Assembly: GCA_951406725.2 (NCBI GenBank)
Contig: OX597839.1
Location: 18,042,001-18,106,000 of the forward strand
Length of the DNA: 64,000 bases
Direction: 5' to 3'
From: Octopus vulgaris
Lineage: Eukaryota
Position 1 is the first letter of the stretch, and every line of letters begins with the position of its first letter. The notes beneath the pieces are model-generated. The model worked only from the letters and a program-made list of their open reading frames with translations. It ran no database searches and was not told the DNA's origin. The position numbers and the translations under genes are program-made. Of this stretch, positions 29,056 to 39,668 are shown piece by piece.

Positions 29056-30935
29056 CATATTGATGAAGAGAGAAAGAGATAAACATAGAGAGACAGACAG
29101 ACAGACAGATTGATAGATATAGATATATTGGTGCAATCATGGCTGTATGATAAGAGTAGTTACAGGTGAAACAGTGTTGTTAGAAGCTCGCATCCCAACC
29201 ACATGTCTTCTACTATAGCCCTAGGTTAACCAAAGTTTTCTGACAACAACAACACCAAAGTCAACCTCAGCAGAATTTGAACTCAGAATGTAGCAATGGG
29301 CAAAATTCCACTAAGCATTTTGCCTGGTGTGCTAATGATTCTGCCAGCTCACCACCTTAATAATAGTAATAATGATGATGATGATGATAAAAATAGATAC
29401 AGATTTATTAAAAAAAATTCAACCGGATCTTTAGGATCTGAAGACACAGTTGGAATCCATACCACTTCCTTCTCTCTTCCCCCATCCAGCTTCATTATAT
29501 TGAGAATATGTATATATATATATGTTAGTTGCAAGGAAGCAGTGAAGATAAGACAGTATTAGCATGGTTATATTTTTTGCTGCACCACCACCACCACCAC
29601 CACCACCACCACCAACAGCAATAACACCACTGTCACCACCACCATCACCACCATCATCACTATCATCACCACCACCGTTACCACCATCACTACCACCACC
29701 ACCATCACCACCACCACCACCACCACCATTTCCACTACCATCATCACCACCACCACTACCACTACTACAACTCCTTGTTGTTGTTACTGTTGCTGCTATT
29801 GTTTAATCCTCAATCGGCCCTGAGCCAGTACACAGACCTATGATCAAAAAGTGTTCTAGCCATGACCATCCTGTCTCTTCGTCCAAACATAATGCATCTT
29901 GGACTACATTATCTAATGTGTCTCTTTCCATATTATTGCTGTTTAGCTCTTTGTTCACCCTGACTGAGCAAACATTTGATCAGTAGCATTCTAGGTGTGA
30001 CCATCCTGTCTGAGTTTTTTCTTTTTTCTATAACTAGAAGTTTCACAGGTGCAGGCATGGCTGTGTGGTAAGAAGTTCACTTCCCAACCACATGGTTCTG
30101 GGTTCAGTCCCTCTGCATGGTACCTTAGGCAAGTGTCTTCTACTATAGCCTAAGGTCAACCAAAGACTTGTGAGTGGATTTAGTAGATGGAAACTGAAAG
30201 AAGCACGCAGTATGTGAGTGTGTGTGTGTGAGTATGTGTGATTGTCCCACTTGACAGCCAGTGTTTGTTTATATCCCTTAATCTAATGGTTCAGCATTAG
30301 AGATCAACAGAATCAGTAAACAGTAAAAGGGTAAAGGCTCCCTTTAGTCATGAATGACCATGGGATTACACCAAGAAAGTTTCCCTCCGAGGCACAGGTC
30401 TGACCAAGGTTGTTTGTGGAAAACCAGCAGTCATCCCTGCATACCAGCCTCCACTCTCCATGCCACCAATATTATACAAGGGAAAGGCAAGGGCTGATAC
30501 AGTTTAGCACCAGTGATGTCACAACGCATTTCTACAGATGACTGAACCAGAGCAACGTGAAATAAAATGTCTTGCTCAAGAACACAACGCACAGCCCAGT
30601 CCAAGAATTGAACTCAATACCTCATGTTCTAACCACTGAACCATGCATTTTCACAGAAAAAGTACCAGGCTTATAGAAAACATAATTACTGGGGCCGACT
30701 CATTCAACTCCAATTCAGCACATGGCTACGATACTCTCCCACTCATGATAAGAGATGTGCATATTGTCAGCCACTAAGGGACATGCTCAACTGATTAAGG
30801 TCAAACAAATCTGAAGTATTGAGCAAAACATTTGCTGTAGGCCATCTTTTACACCAAGACAAAACATGTATATGATAACACATTCAATCAGTTAAGATCA
30901 GAAGCCATGAGAGTTAGTGCCTGACATTGCATCTA

Positions 30936-30971
<36 letters not shown>

Positions 30972-33900
30972 TATGTTTGAGTTTTGCTTTATATTTGTAC
31001 AAGTTGGCTCCAAGTCTCACCCAGAGACCTCAAGAGACAACAGGTTGGAAGTTCATGTTGTTGTTATGCCTAGTGTGCCATATATTTGGGGGGGGGGAGT
31101 TTTTGGTGTTGTACTAATGAATGTCTAAAAAAAATAATAAAATAATTTTTTTTTTTTTTAAACCGAAAATTATGTTTGTTTTAAACCTTGAGATTACATA
31201 GAAAGTATTTTGCGTAGGATATGAGCAGTTCCCACAAGCACTATCTTTTGAATTTCTGCCATTTTTGGGTTTCCTGGTATCTGAGTTAGGTAGCTATCAG
31301 CCCCTTTTGCTATCATTCCCAGGGCACCTATGACAACAGGTATTGTTTTAGTCTTCAGCTTCCACATTTTGCTGATTTCTATTTCAAGATCTTTATATTT
31401 GCTCAGTTTTTGGTAGGTCTTGACAGATACGTTTATATCGATTGGGACAGTCATATCAATGAGGAGGCATGTTCTTTGTTTGAAGTCTTTCAATATGATG
31501 TCTGGCCTATTTGCATCTATCTTTCTGTCAGTTTGAATGGTGAAGTTCCAGAGGAGTGAGATGTGGTCATTTTCAAGCACTGGGGTGGTTTGTGTTCCCA
31601 CCAGTTTTTTTTCATGGGGCAAATCCAGGTTTTTGCAGATTACCCAGTGAATATATTGTGCAGCTCTATCGTGTCAGTTGAGATACTCTGTAGGCACTAG
31701 AAGACTGCACTTGGAGACCACATGGTCAATGGTTTCATTTTGTTGCTGGCATACACGACACGTTGGACTGCTTCTGATCTTTAATATGTTGGCCTGGTAG
31801 TTTCTTGTTGGTAGGCATTGATCTTGAGCTGCTATGATAAACCCCTCTGTTTCAGATTTTAAGCCAGGGGCCATTAGCCATTGATGGGTCAAGGCTTTGT
31901 CAACATCTGCATTATTTGCTCTCTTTGGGTATTTGCCATAGAGAGGTTTTTCTTGCCATTTATCATTCAGAATATCTAAGGCCGCAGATTTAGCACGGGT
32001 TTTCATGCGCTTAGCTTTTTCTGTGCCTGTTTCTTGTATGTCTATCTCTAATTCCGAAATTTGTTGTATTCGGAATTCACTTAGATATTCCTTTGCCTGT
32101 TTTGTTACTGAGTATGATGCTTTCTTGTTTTCATGTTTTGAGACAAGTTTTAACATCCAGTCCTCAGAGTTTTTCAGGTAGGTGTCTAGGCCAATTGTAG
32201 CAATCTTCATTGTTATTGCCAGTTGTAAAAGTCCACGGCCTCCCTCTTTTCTTGGCAGATAAAGTCGTTCTGTATCTGCCTTAGGGTGGTGCATTCTATG
32301 CATTGTCAACAGTTTTCGAATTTTTCTGTCAAGATTACATATTTCAGTAATTGACCAGTTAACGATATTGAAACTGTAAGTCACAACTGGTATGGCTAAT
32401 GCATTGATCGCTTCGATCCTGTTTCTCGCATTCAGCTCTGTCTTGAGTATTGCTCTCACTCTTCGATAACATTCTCTCCTGATTCTTTCCTTCATCTCTG
32501 AATGCCTTATTCCTTCTCCTTCAATTACCCCTAGATACTTGTAGTTCTCTGCTGGGTCTAATTCTTTTATGACATTCTGCTGGTCAAGGTTAACGTTAGA
32601 TGTTTCTGTCATTTTTCCTTTGATAAAGGTAGCTTTTGCACACTTATCGAGGCCAAATTGCATTCTGATGTCATCACTGAATTATTTGACAATCGCTAGT
32701 AAGCCCTTGAGTTGTTGGTCATTTTTTCCAAAGAGCTTTAAATCATCCATGTAAATGAGATGATATTTTTATCAAACATTTTATACCCGTACTGCATGTC
32801 ATTGAGCAGTTTTGAGAGAGGTATTAAGGCTAAACAGAAGAGGAGTGGTGATAGTGAGTCACCCTGGAAAATGCCACATGAAATTTTTACATCACCAGCA
32901 TTTAGAGATTCATTGTCACTGTTCAAAGTTAGTGTGATCTCATACTTACAGACAAAAAGTTTCGCAGAGCAGGTGCTATCTTATACATTTCTAGGCATTT
33001 CTTAATCCAGCTATGTGGTAGGCTATCAAAAGCCTTTTTATAGTCTATCCAGGCTATTGATAAGTTTTTGTGTCATTTGTGACAATCTTCTAAGATCATC
33101 TTATTGATGAGTAGTTGATCTTTACAACCGTAGGATCCACGTTTACATCCTTTCTGTTCATTAGGGAATATGCTGCTGTCTGTCAAAAAACTATAGGTAT
33201 ATTCCGTCAGGACAGATGTTAGTGTTTTATACATAGTTGTTAAGCAGGTTATGGGTCTATAGTTTTTTGGTTCATTTGTTTCTTCACTTTTTGGAAGCAG
33301 GAATGTTAACCCATCCTACTAGGGTGTTGCAAAACATCATTGTAAAGTTCTGTTAGCAGTTCATGGCTCTCTGGGAAGGCATTCAACCAAAAGTTAGGGA
33401 TTTTATCCTTTCCTGGAGACTTCCATTTGCTTGACTTCCTGAGAGCAGATCTTATATCTTCTACCTTGACATTATTATTATTATTATTATACTAAGGCAG
33501 CAGCTGACAGAATCGTTAGCATGCTGGCAAAACGTTTAGTTACATTCCGTTTGTTTATATGTTCTGAGTTCAAATTCCACCGAGGTGAACTTTGCCTTTC
33601 ATCCTTTTAGGACTCGATAAATTAAGTACCAGTTACGCACTGGGGTTGATGTAATCAACTTAATCCCTTTGTCTGTCCTTGTTTGTTCTCTCTATGTTTA
33701 GCCCCCTGTGGGCAATAAAGAAATATATTAAGTACCAGTGAAACACTGGGGTCAATGTGATAAACTAGTTCCCTCCCTAGAAATCTGAGGCCTTGTGCCT
33801 CCAGTAGAAAGCATTATTATTATTATTATTATACCAAGTGGGCAGCAGCCAGAAATGTTAGCACACCAGGCAAAATCTTTAGTGGTATTTTGTCAGTCTG

Positions 33901-36900
33901 CACCATCTGGGTTCAAATTCCATCAAGGTCGACTTTGCCTTTCATCTTTTTTCGGGGGTCAATAAATTAAGTAGCAGTTGAACACTGGGGATGATGTAAT
34001 CAACTAGCACCCTCCCACCAAAATTCCTGGCCTTGTACCAAAATTTGAAACCATCATCATCATCATCATTCTTTTTTACTTCAGGTTTTGTTTGAACTCC
34101 TAGTGTCTTGCATACGTAGCGGGCTTGCTGCCTGCAACCTATGGTACCATGTTATCTGTTCTTTTTGACAATCTAATACTTTCCTGATTATTCTGGCTGT
34201 GCCAAAGAGGCAAACCTTTTGTAACAGTTGTCCTGAGCACTCTGTTCTGATTTCCTTCATATTCTTCTTGATGCCTGATGATGACGATGATGATGATAAC
34301 GACGACGACGATGATGATGATGGCGGTGGTGATGTCCTTTGTATTTCATATCTCCCAGTTTCAGCATAGATACTCCTGCATGTCACTGGATGTCATAAGA
34401 AGTGACCAAAACAGTTGGCAAAAGGAAGGCCATCAGACTGTATAACACTACATCAGAAAACCTGACAAACCTATGTCAGCATGAAAAGGAAGATGTAAAG
34501 CTATGATGAACATGAAGATGATGGTAATGATTATTAAGGTGGCGAGCTGGCAGAAACGTTAGCACGCCGGGCGAAATGCTTAGCAGTATTTCGTCTGCCG
34601 CTCCGTTCTGAGTTCAAATTCTGCCGAGGTCAACTTTGCCTTTCATCCTTTCGGAGTCGATAAATTAAGTACCAGTTACACACTGGGGTCGATGTAATTG
34701 ACTTAATACGTTTATCTGTCCTTGTTTGTCCTCTCTGTGTTTAGCCCCTTGTGGGTAGTAAAAAAATAGATAATGATTATGAAGATGATGACAACAATGA
34801 TGGTGGTGGTGGTGGTGGTGGAGGGAGTGATGATGATGATGATAGTGGTGGTGGTGGTGTTGGTGGTGATTATGGTGATGGTAGTGGTTATGGTGGAAAT
34901 AGATGTCACGATTATGGTGATGATGGTGGTGGTGGTAGCAGTGGTGGAGATAGAGGTGATGATGATGATGACAATGATGATGGTGATGATGATCCAATAT
35001 GCTCTTTTTCTTTCATTTTTCAATAAAGACAGTAAGTAGAGAGTGATTTCAGATTTAACTGCTATATCTAGCAGGCTGAGCGACCACATAGTCTTCCTTG
35101 CTGCCTCACAATGTTTATATATATGTGTGTATATGTATATGTGAATATTGTGTACATACATTTGTATATGTGTATGTTGTGTACATGTGTATGTATATGT
35201 GTGGTGGGGTTTTTAAGTAGTATATAAATAGCCCATAGTGAGTGTAGGCCACCTGGCATAGATTTCCATCTAAATATAATCTTTGTGTATCGTTGTTTCA
35301 TAAATAAAAGAGAAAAAGAAAACCATTAAAAAAACGATCAAAAACAACAAAATAGCAACAAAACACTGAAAAAAAAAAAAGTAAATGGTGAAACAAAAGT
35401 GTTCTTGTGTAAATTAATACAGTGTATTTTCGGGTGTAAGAGTGTGGTATGTGTGTATGTGTGTATGTATGCATGTCTGTTTTTATGTGTGTGTATATGT
35501 ATGTATGCAATATGTATTTGTGTCTCAATGTATGTATGTGTATATGTGTGTATGAAAGTAAATGTGTGTGTATGTACATATGTGTATGAATGTATGCATA
35601 CATATGTATTTCTGTATGCATGTGTATGATTGTATGTTTGTGTGTATGTATGTATGTATGTAAGAGTGTACTACGTATGTTAATGTGTACGTATGCATAT
35701 GTATGTACCATACACATGTGAGAGTGTTTTATTTATGTTTAAATAACTAATACTGTTTTCTACAATTTCAGAGCTTGGCATTCACAGGTTTTGTTGGTGC
35801 CCTTACCACCCTAAGTGGTTGAACCCAACTTTATAGGGAGTTTATATTTATATATAAAGGGTGCGATGAGTAAATTGTTGCCAGTCTATATTTTTAATTT
35901 CACGCTTTGCACATCGTTTGTTTTTATTTTTTTTGACAACACAGAACAGGAGGGTCCATTGGGCACTGCCTGCAAGAAACACAGCACTATAACACAATTC
36001 ACTCTACCAGAAATTTGGAAATGAGATGCTGTACTGCTTGGTATTCGCGCCAGAAGATCCAATACAAACAGATGGTGAACACACTGAACAACCGTTGGTA
36101 TGCCGTGTCCCCAAGACATGTAGTGAATGTGATAAAAATCAAACATCCAGTCAACATCAAGGTGTTTGGAGTGATCACTAGTGATGTCGATGTTATACCT
36201 CCATTCATCTTCCCACATGGCCTCAGACTCAACACAGAGGCCTACATCAAGTGCCTGAAGGAAGTAGTGCTGCCCTGGGTCAAGAGGGTGGCTGCTGGAA
36301 GACCCTATGTCTGGCAACAGGACGCTGGACCATGCCACACAAGCAGGAGAACCCAGTCATGGCTGTCAGACAATTTCTGCAACCACATCACCCCTAACAT
36401 CTGGCCATCTAACTCCCCAGTCTACAACTCCTTTGATTGTTATGTGTAGGGTGCAGTTGAGCAAGAGACCAACAAAACTCCTTGTAACACCAAAGATGAA
36501 CTGAAGGCAAGGATTATGGCAGCATTCACCAACTTAACCCTTTCGTTACCAACCCGGCTCTGGCTCTGTAGTACAAATGTCTTGTTCTCATAAGTTTTTC
36601 TTTAAAATATACCACCAAACCTTAGTCACAATTTATGTTCCTAACACTAGCTGAACGATAACTAAGTTATTTTACTAAATTCTTTGTTATATTTAAAATA
36701 ATTGAAAGAAACACAGAGCATCTCAAATTGAATACGGTAATGAAAGGGAACAAGGAGACCATCCTGAATAATTGTAGGAGATTGTGAAGTTGTCTGTAGG
36801 CTGTGGTTGAAGCCAATGGCAATTTTATTGAAAGAATTTACTCTTTAGTATTTCAAGATATTTTTATGTAATTTTGGTAAATATATCTGTTAGAATGAGA

Positions 36901-38128
36901 TGTCAGTGTTATTTTGCATTTTTGTGTAATTTAGACAACACCCTGTATATATCTATATCTATATATTTATATATATATATATATATATACACTCTTTACT
37001 CTTTTACTTGTTTCAGTCATTTGACTGTGGCCATGCTGGAGCACCGCCTTTAGTCGAGCAAATCGACCCCGGGACTTTTCTCTTTTGCCGAACCGCTAAG
37101 TGACGGGAATGTAAACACACCAGCATCAGTTGTCAAGCATTGCTAGGGGTCAAACACATACACACACATACATATATATACATATATACAACAGGCTTCT
37201 TTCAGTTTCCGTCTATCAAATCCACTCACAAGGCAATGGTCGGCCCGGGGCTATAGCAGAAGACACTTGCCCAAGATGCCACGCAGTGGGACTGAACCCG
37301 CAACCATGTGGTTGGTTAGCAAGCTACTTACCACACAGCCACTCCTGCACCTTACATACAATAATCCCTCACCATATCACGGTTCACCTACCATGGTTTA
37401 TAATTTAAGCTTACATCAATTCCTCCGTGGTGTTGTATTGCATTTATAAGAAAATAAATATATATAAATTATAAAAATAATAATAAAAATATACAATACA
37501 GTATTGTTTCTACGTCATGGATTTTCACCTATTGCAGGGAATTTTGGAATGTAACACCCACTATAGTCAAGGGATTACTGAATATTTACATACATGTATA
37601 GGCACAGACATGCATGTATGGTAATAAGCTTGCTGCCCAACCACCTGATACTGAGTTCAGTTCCACTGCTGGCACCTTGGGCAAGTGCCTTCACTATAGC
37701 CCTGAGCCAACCAAAGTCTTGTGAGTGGATTTAGTAAATAGAAACTAGAAGCCCATTGTGTGTGTGTGTATATATAAAATACAAAATTATGTTTCACCCT
37801 ATGACCAGTAACTGATGAGAAGTTGTTGATCTTTTGTGTCTGTTTCCTATTTGATTGTGCATTTAATATATGTTTTTTAACTTATTAATTAATGGAACAC
37901 TCCATAACCTTGATTTTATCTACAGTAAGTGTTTATATATATATATATATTTATAAATTAAATTAGAGATAAAACCACTATTAGGCAAATCAAACTGAAA
38001 AACATAAACCAAAACATAGAAATAAAATTAATTAATATAATATACAAAACATATAAAATATAGAATTCAAAATTTAAATTATTTAAATTTAAAGTTAAAA
38101 ATTAAAAATTATTAATTTATATTTATAA

Positions 38129-38168
<40 letters not shown>

Positions 38169-39411
38169 TTATTTTTTTATTAAATATATGTAACTATCAA
38201 AAAGTATTAAAAAGTTTAATATAAGATAAAAAGTAAATCCACTACAATCGTTTCATGCCCATAACCTAATTCGAATAACAATAATTTAAATTCAATTAAT
38301 AATTCGAATTATGATTATAGTCAATCTTCAGGTTAATGATAATAGTTTAATAAATAATCAAATATATTTAAACAATATTTTTTTAAGAAATGGTGTCAGC
38401 TCTTCTGGTGACGTTGATGTTCGCCTGGGGCTAAATGCATCAGTAACACCCCCACCACCCCGCTCTGACCCTAGCCACATTCAGATGGCTGATCCCCCTT
38501 ATGTTGTAGAGCAGTTGCTGTTTATATCTCGCTCAGAGATTTATTATTGTTTTCGAACGGATTTTCTACGCCAGTGACTGTGGTTACTGTGAAAATCTAT
38601 ATATCCAGCCTGTAGAGAGAGTCCCTCAACGAAGAGCGGTGCTTACCATACGTTGACAAGAGGCAATAACCTCGAAACCGGTCCGGGTGTAGTAACCGTA
38701 TCATCGGGGAGGCTGATCTCCCTTTGCAGGCTGGCAAGGACACCGAGATGGTGTCAGCTCTTCTGGTGACATTGATGTTCGCCTGGGGCTAAATGCATCA
38801 GTAACACCCCCACCACCCTGCCCTGACCCTAGCCACATTCAGATGGCTGATCCCTCTTATGTAATTAAATAATAATTTTTCTTATAAAAAACTCTATTAT
38901 CAAACTAGAAACTTTAACGATTATGATTATGTCATACAATCGATTATAATGTTAAATATTAATTTTTAAGGTAAGAATAGATAGAAAATGTATTTATCGA
39001 TTCAGATATAATATGGCTTTTAAAAAACATAATAAACCCACAAATAATCTAATCTCAGTTATAGTCAATATCTAATTTACCTAAATATTTAACAAAAAAA
39101 AAAAGACAACAGACCTTGGCACTGTCCTCTCTTTTGCCAGCTCTTGTCAAACTGTCCAACCCAAACCAGCAGAGAAAATGAACATTAGATTATGATGACA
39201 AATTGCTGTTTTAAGCTTTTACTATTTCTGGTGTACATAACAAAGAAATATTTATACACACACACATATATATATATATATACTGACCTTCACTTAGTTC
39301 AGTTGGTTTTACATCTTTCAAGTCATCAACAATCAAATATCCAGCTGAAAGCAGTTTGCTCTGGTAGTTTGGCGGTAAAGGGAAAGAACTGATTTCTCGT
39401 TGGTTCTGCAT
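2744..39411 (-). CDS. RAD51C: DNA repair protein RAD51 homolog 3 (RAD51 paralog C); spliced CDS join(39411-39288,13533-13287,10146-9992,7946-7819,6387-6256,4513-4280,2854-2744), 376 aa
   Basis: Seven exons with GT-AG boundaries and matching phases (1,2,1,0,0,0) sum to 1131 nt. Translation runs [14 protein letters not shown]...[52 protein letters not shown]...[16 protein letters not shown]...VVLTNQMTT...[10 protein letters not shown]...LYKSP...GIRD, matching RAD51C-specific motifs as I recall them. Confidence 0.97.
3560..4235. mobile_element. hAT-like MITE with a nested CR1 fragment; sister copy at 26603-27293
   Basis: TIR CAGTGG(G/T)TCTCAAC ... GAACCACTG. The 26603-27293 copy is flanked by GTTCAAAG/GTTTAAAG (8-bp TSD, 1 mismatch). 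Confidence 0.65.
3668..4085 (-). mobile_element. CR1-clade LINE 3' fragment, degenerate
   Basis: Minus strand reads [31 protein letters not shown], the CR1 ORF2 C-terminal TRGH...RV..WN.L motif; (ATT)n tail. Confidence 0.75.
4280..4513 (-). CDS. RAD51C: RAD51C coding exon 6
   Basis: Acceptor TTCCTCCAG|, donor ACT|GTAAGT; 234 nt; VVLTNQMTT...[45 protein letters not shown]. Confidence 0.97.
4655..5010. repeat. (CAT/CAC)n trinucleotide low-complexity tract; similar tracts at 9697-9982, 29583-29770 and 34770-34995
   Basis: Direct observation; source of the poly-D/M/S/I pseudo-ORFs. Confidence 0.95.
6256..6387 (-). CDS. RAD51C: RAD51C coding exon 5 with Walker B (LVIIDS)
   Basis: Acceptor TTTTTTAG|, donor GCG|GTAAAT; 132 nt; [44 protein letters not shown]. 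Confidence 0.97.
7135..7345 (+). mobile_element. RTE-clade LINE 3' fragment
   Basis: [42 protein letters not shown] matches the RTE C-terminal GRP..RW.D...A.DR..WR pattern. Confidence 0.65.
7819..7946 (-). CDS. RAD51C: RAD51C coding exon 4
   Basis: Acceptor ATTTCAG|, donor AAG|GTAAAC; 128 nt; [43 protein letters not shown]. Confidence 0.95.
8740..9457 (+). mobile_element. Internally deleted Tc1/mariner-superfamily transposon
   Basis: About 65-bp TIRs (CAGGGTGATTAGAAAGTAACTCCCTATTTTAAAAT... / ...ATTTTAAAATAGGGAGTTACTTTTCAATCACCATG), TA flanks, remnant [23 protein letters not shown]. Confidence 0.85.
9992..10146 (-). CDS. RAD51C: RAD51C coding exon 3
   Basis: Acceptor TTTCTCCCAG|, donor G|GTGAGT; 155 nt; [51 protein letters not shown]. 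Not in the ORF track. Confidence 0.97.
11160..11790 (-). repeat. Three tandem ~227-bp units, each carrying a minimal hammerhead-like motif, in RAD51C intron 2
   Basis: Minus strand: TCT CTGATG(G/A) AGGGATATCCCA GAAA CAGCTG TA|AGA at 11266-11306 and 11493-11533. The third copy has canonical CTGATGA but lacks stem III. Confidence 0.7.
13287..13533 (-). CDS. RAD51C: RAD51C coding exon 2 with Walker A (GAPGIGKT)
   Basis: Acceptor TCCATAG|, donor TG|GTAACT; 247 nt; [13 protein letters not shown]...[28 protein letters not shown]. Confidence 0.97.
13731..13877. repeat. Perfect inverted repeat, about 69-bp arms and 9-nt loop
   Basis: 13731-13799 is the reverse complement of 13809-13877; the element 13611-13877 is flanked by (TA)n. 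Confidence 0.95.
13994..14264. repeat. Inverted repeat, about 133-bp arms and 5-nt loop
   Basis: 13994-14126 vs 14132-14264 with about 5 mismatches; flanked by (TA)n. Confidence 0.95.
17227..18320 (+). mobile_element. Degenerate DD37D (maT-like) mariner relic
   Basis: Same 5' end as the 35857 and 60391 copies; remnants [46 protein letters not shown]. Confidence 0.75.
17637..17936 (+). mobile_element. tRNA-derived SINE family D inserted into a mariner relic (related copies 16472-16768 -, 27436-27610 +, 7570-7776 +)
   Basis: A-box TGGCCTAGTGG, B-box GGTTCGAATCTC, AACAACAA tail, and flanking direct repeat AATCAGGTCC (TSD). Confidence 0.85.
23413..24140 (-). mobile_element. SINE family C with (GAT)n tail (others near 765-1060 +, 1470-1820 -, 14310-14530 -, 24375-24590 +, 26100-26560 -, 41795-42045 -)
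   Basis: Recurrent CATCATCGTTTAACGTCC...CATGCTAGCATGGGTTGGACG...ACAGCTGGATGCCCTTCCTAACGCCAACCAC; this copy has internal ~180-bp duplications. Confidence 0.85.
25075..25240 (+). mobile_element. Degenerate RT fragment (R4-like)
   Basis: [12 protein letters not shown]...[14 protein letters not shown] parallels KYLG...[18 protein letters not shown] in the 31674-32663 ORF. Confidence 0.5.
28835..29130. repeat. (GATA)n/(GATG)n tetranucleotide microsatellite
   Basis: Direct observation. Confidence 0.95.
30971..33470 (-). mobile_element. 5'-truncated R4/Dong-type non-LTR retrotransposon (RT, CCHC knuckle, restriction-like endonuclease), frameshifted
   Basis: [62 protein letters not shown]; (ATT)n on both flanks. 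Confidence 0.92.
34075..34275 (-). mobile_element. 3' fragment of a second RLE-type non-LTR family
   Basis: [18 protein letters not shown] resembles the [18 protein letters not shown]-terminus; flanked by CAT/GAT repeats. Confidence 0.6.
35857..36945 (+). mobile_element. Internally deleted DD37D (maT/ITmD37D-like) transposon; transposase pseudogene at about 36130-36535
   Basis: [15 protein letters not shown]...[13 protein letters not shown]...[19 protein letters not shown]; 37 residues between the QQD Asp and the final Asp; ends ...ACACCCTG-TA. Confidence 0.85.
38236..38337 (-). ncRNA. Minimal type I hammerhead motif in RAD51C intron 1, sense orientation
   Basis: Minus strand: ATTAAC CTGAAGA ...long AT-rich stem II (TAATTCGAAT/ATTCGAATTA)... 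GAAA CGATTG TA|GTGGAT. Confidence 0.6.
38390..38862 (+). mobile_element. Retrozyme/Penelope-pLTR-like element: 358-bp unit with a 115-bp terminal direct repeat
   Basis: 38390-38504 repeats at 38748-38862 with 4 mismatches; hammerhead motif in between; GC-rich insert in AT-rich DNA. Confidence 0.75.
38636..38699 (+). ncRNA. Type I hammerhead ribozyme motif, U3-A8 core variant
   Basis: CG TTGACAA GAGG-CAATAA-CCTC GAAA CCGG TC|CG; palindromic stem III ACCGGT; bulged stem I. Confidence 0.65.
39288..39411 (-). CDS. RAD51C: RAD51C coding exon 1 ([41 protein letters not shown])
   Basis: ATG at 39411-39409; donor G|GTCAGT after 39288 (phase 1); resembles the RAD51C N-terminus (QRxxxSFPL...KLxSAG...KPxELS). 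Confidence 0.92.
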
Positions 39412-39457
39412 TTTCAAGGGGCTTACCTCTTCAAGGGTTCATTCAGGAACCAAATCC
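39412..39457 (-). other. RAD51C: 5' UTR part of the ATG-bearing RAD51C exon, which implies an upstream non-coding exon
   Basis: Strong polypyrimidine tract and acceptor TTTCTATTCTTTCTCATCCTACCCACAG| at 39458. Confidence 0.6.
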
Positions 39458-39668
39458 CTGTGGGTAGGATGAGAAAGAATAGAAATTCAAAAACAATTCC
39501 ATGCATTTTACTTTTTACCACACATTATTCTGGACATCGCTGACCATATGTCTGGTCAACTGAGGACTGAGCTGTGACTAAATAGCAACAATAAGAACAA
39601 CATATAACTATTGTTTTCAATGATTTAGTCAGAGGAGGGGTAGTACATATGACCCATACAACAGATCC

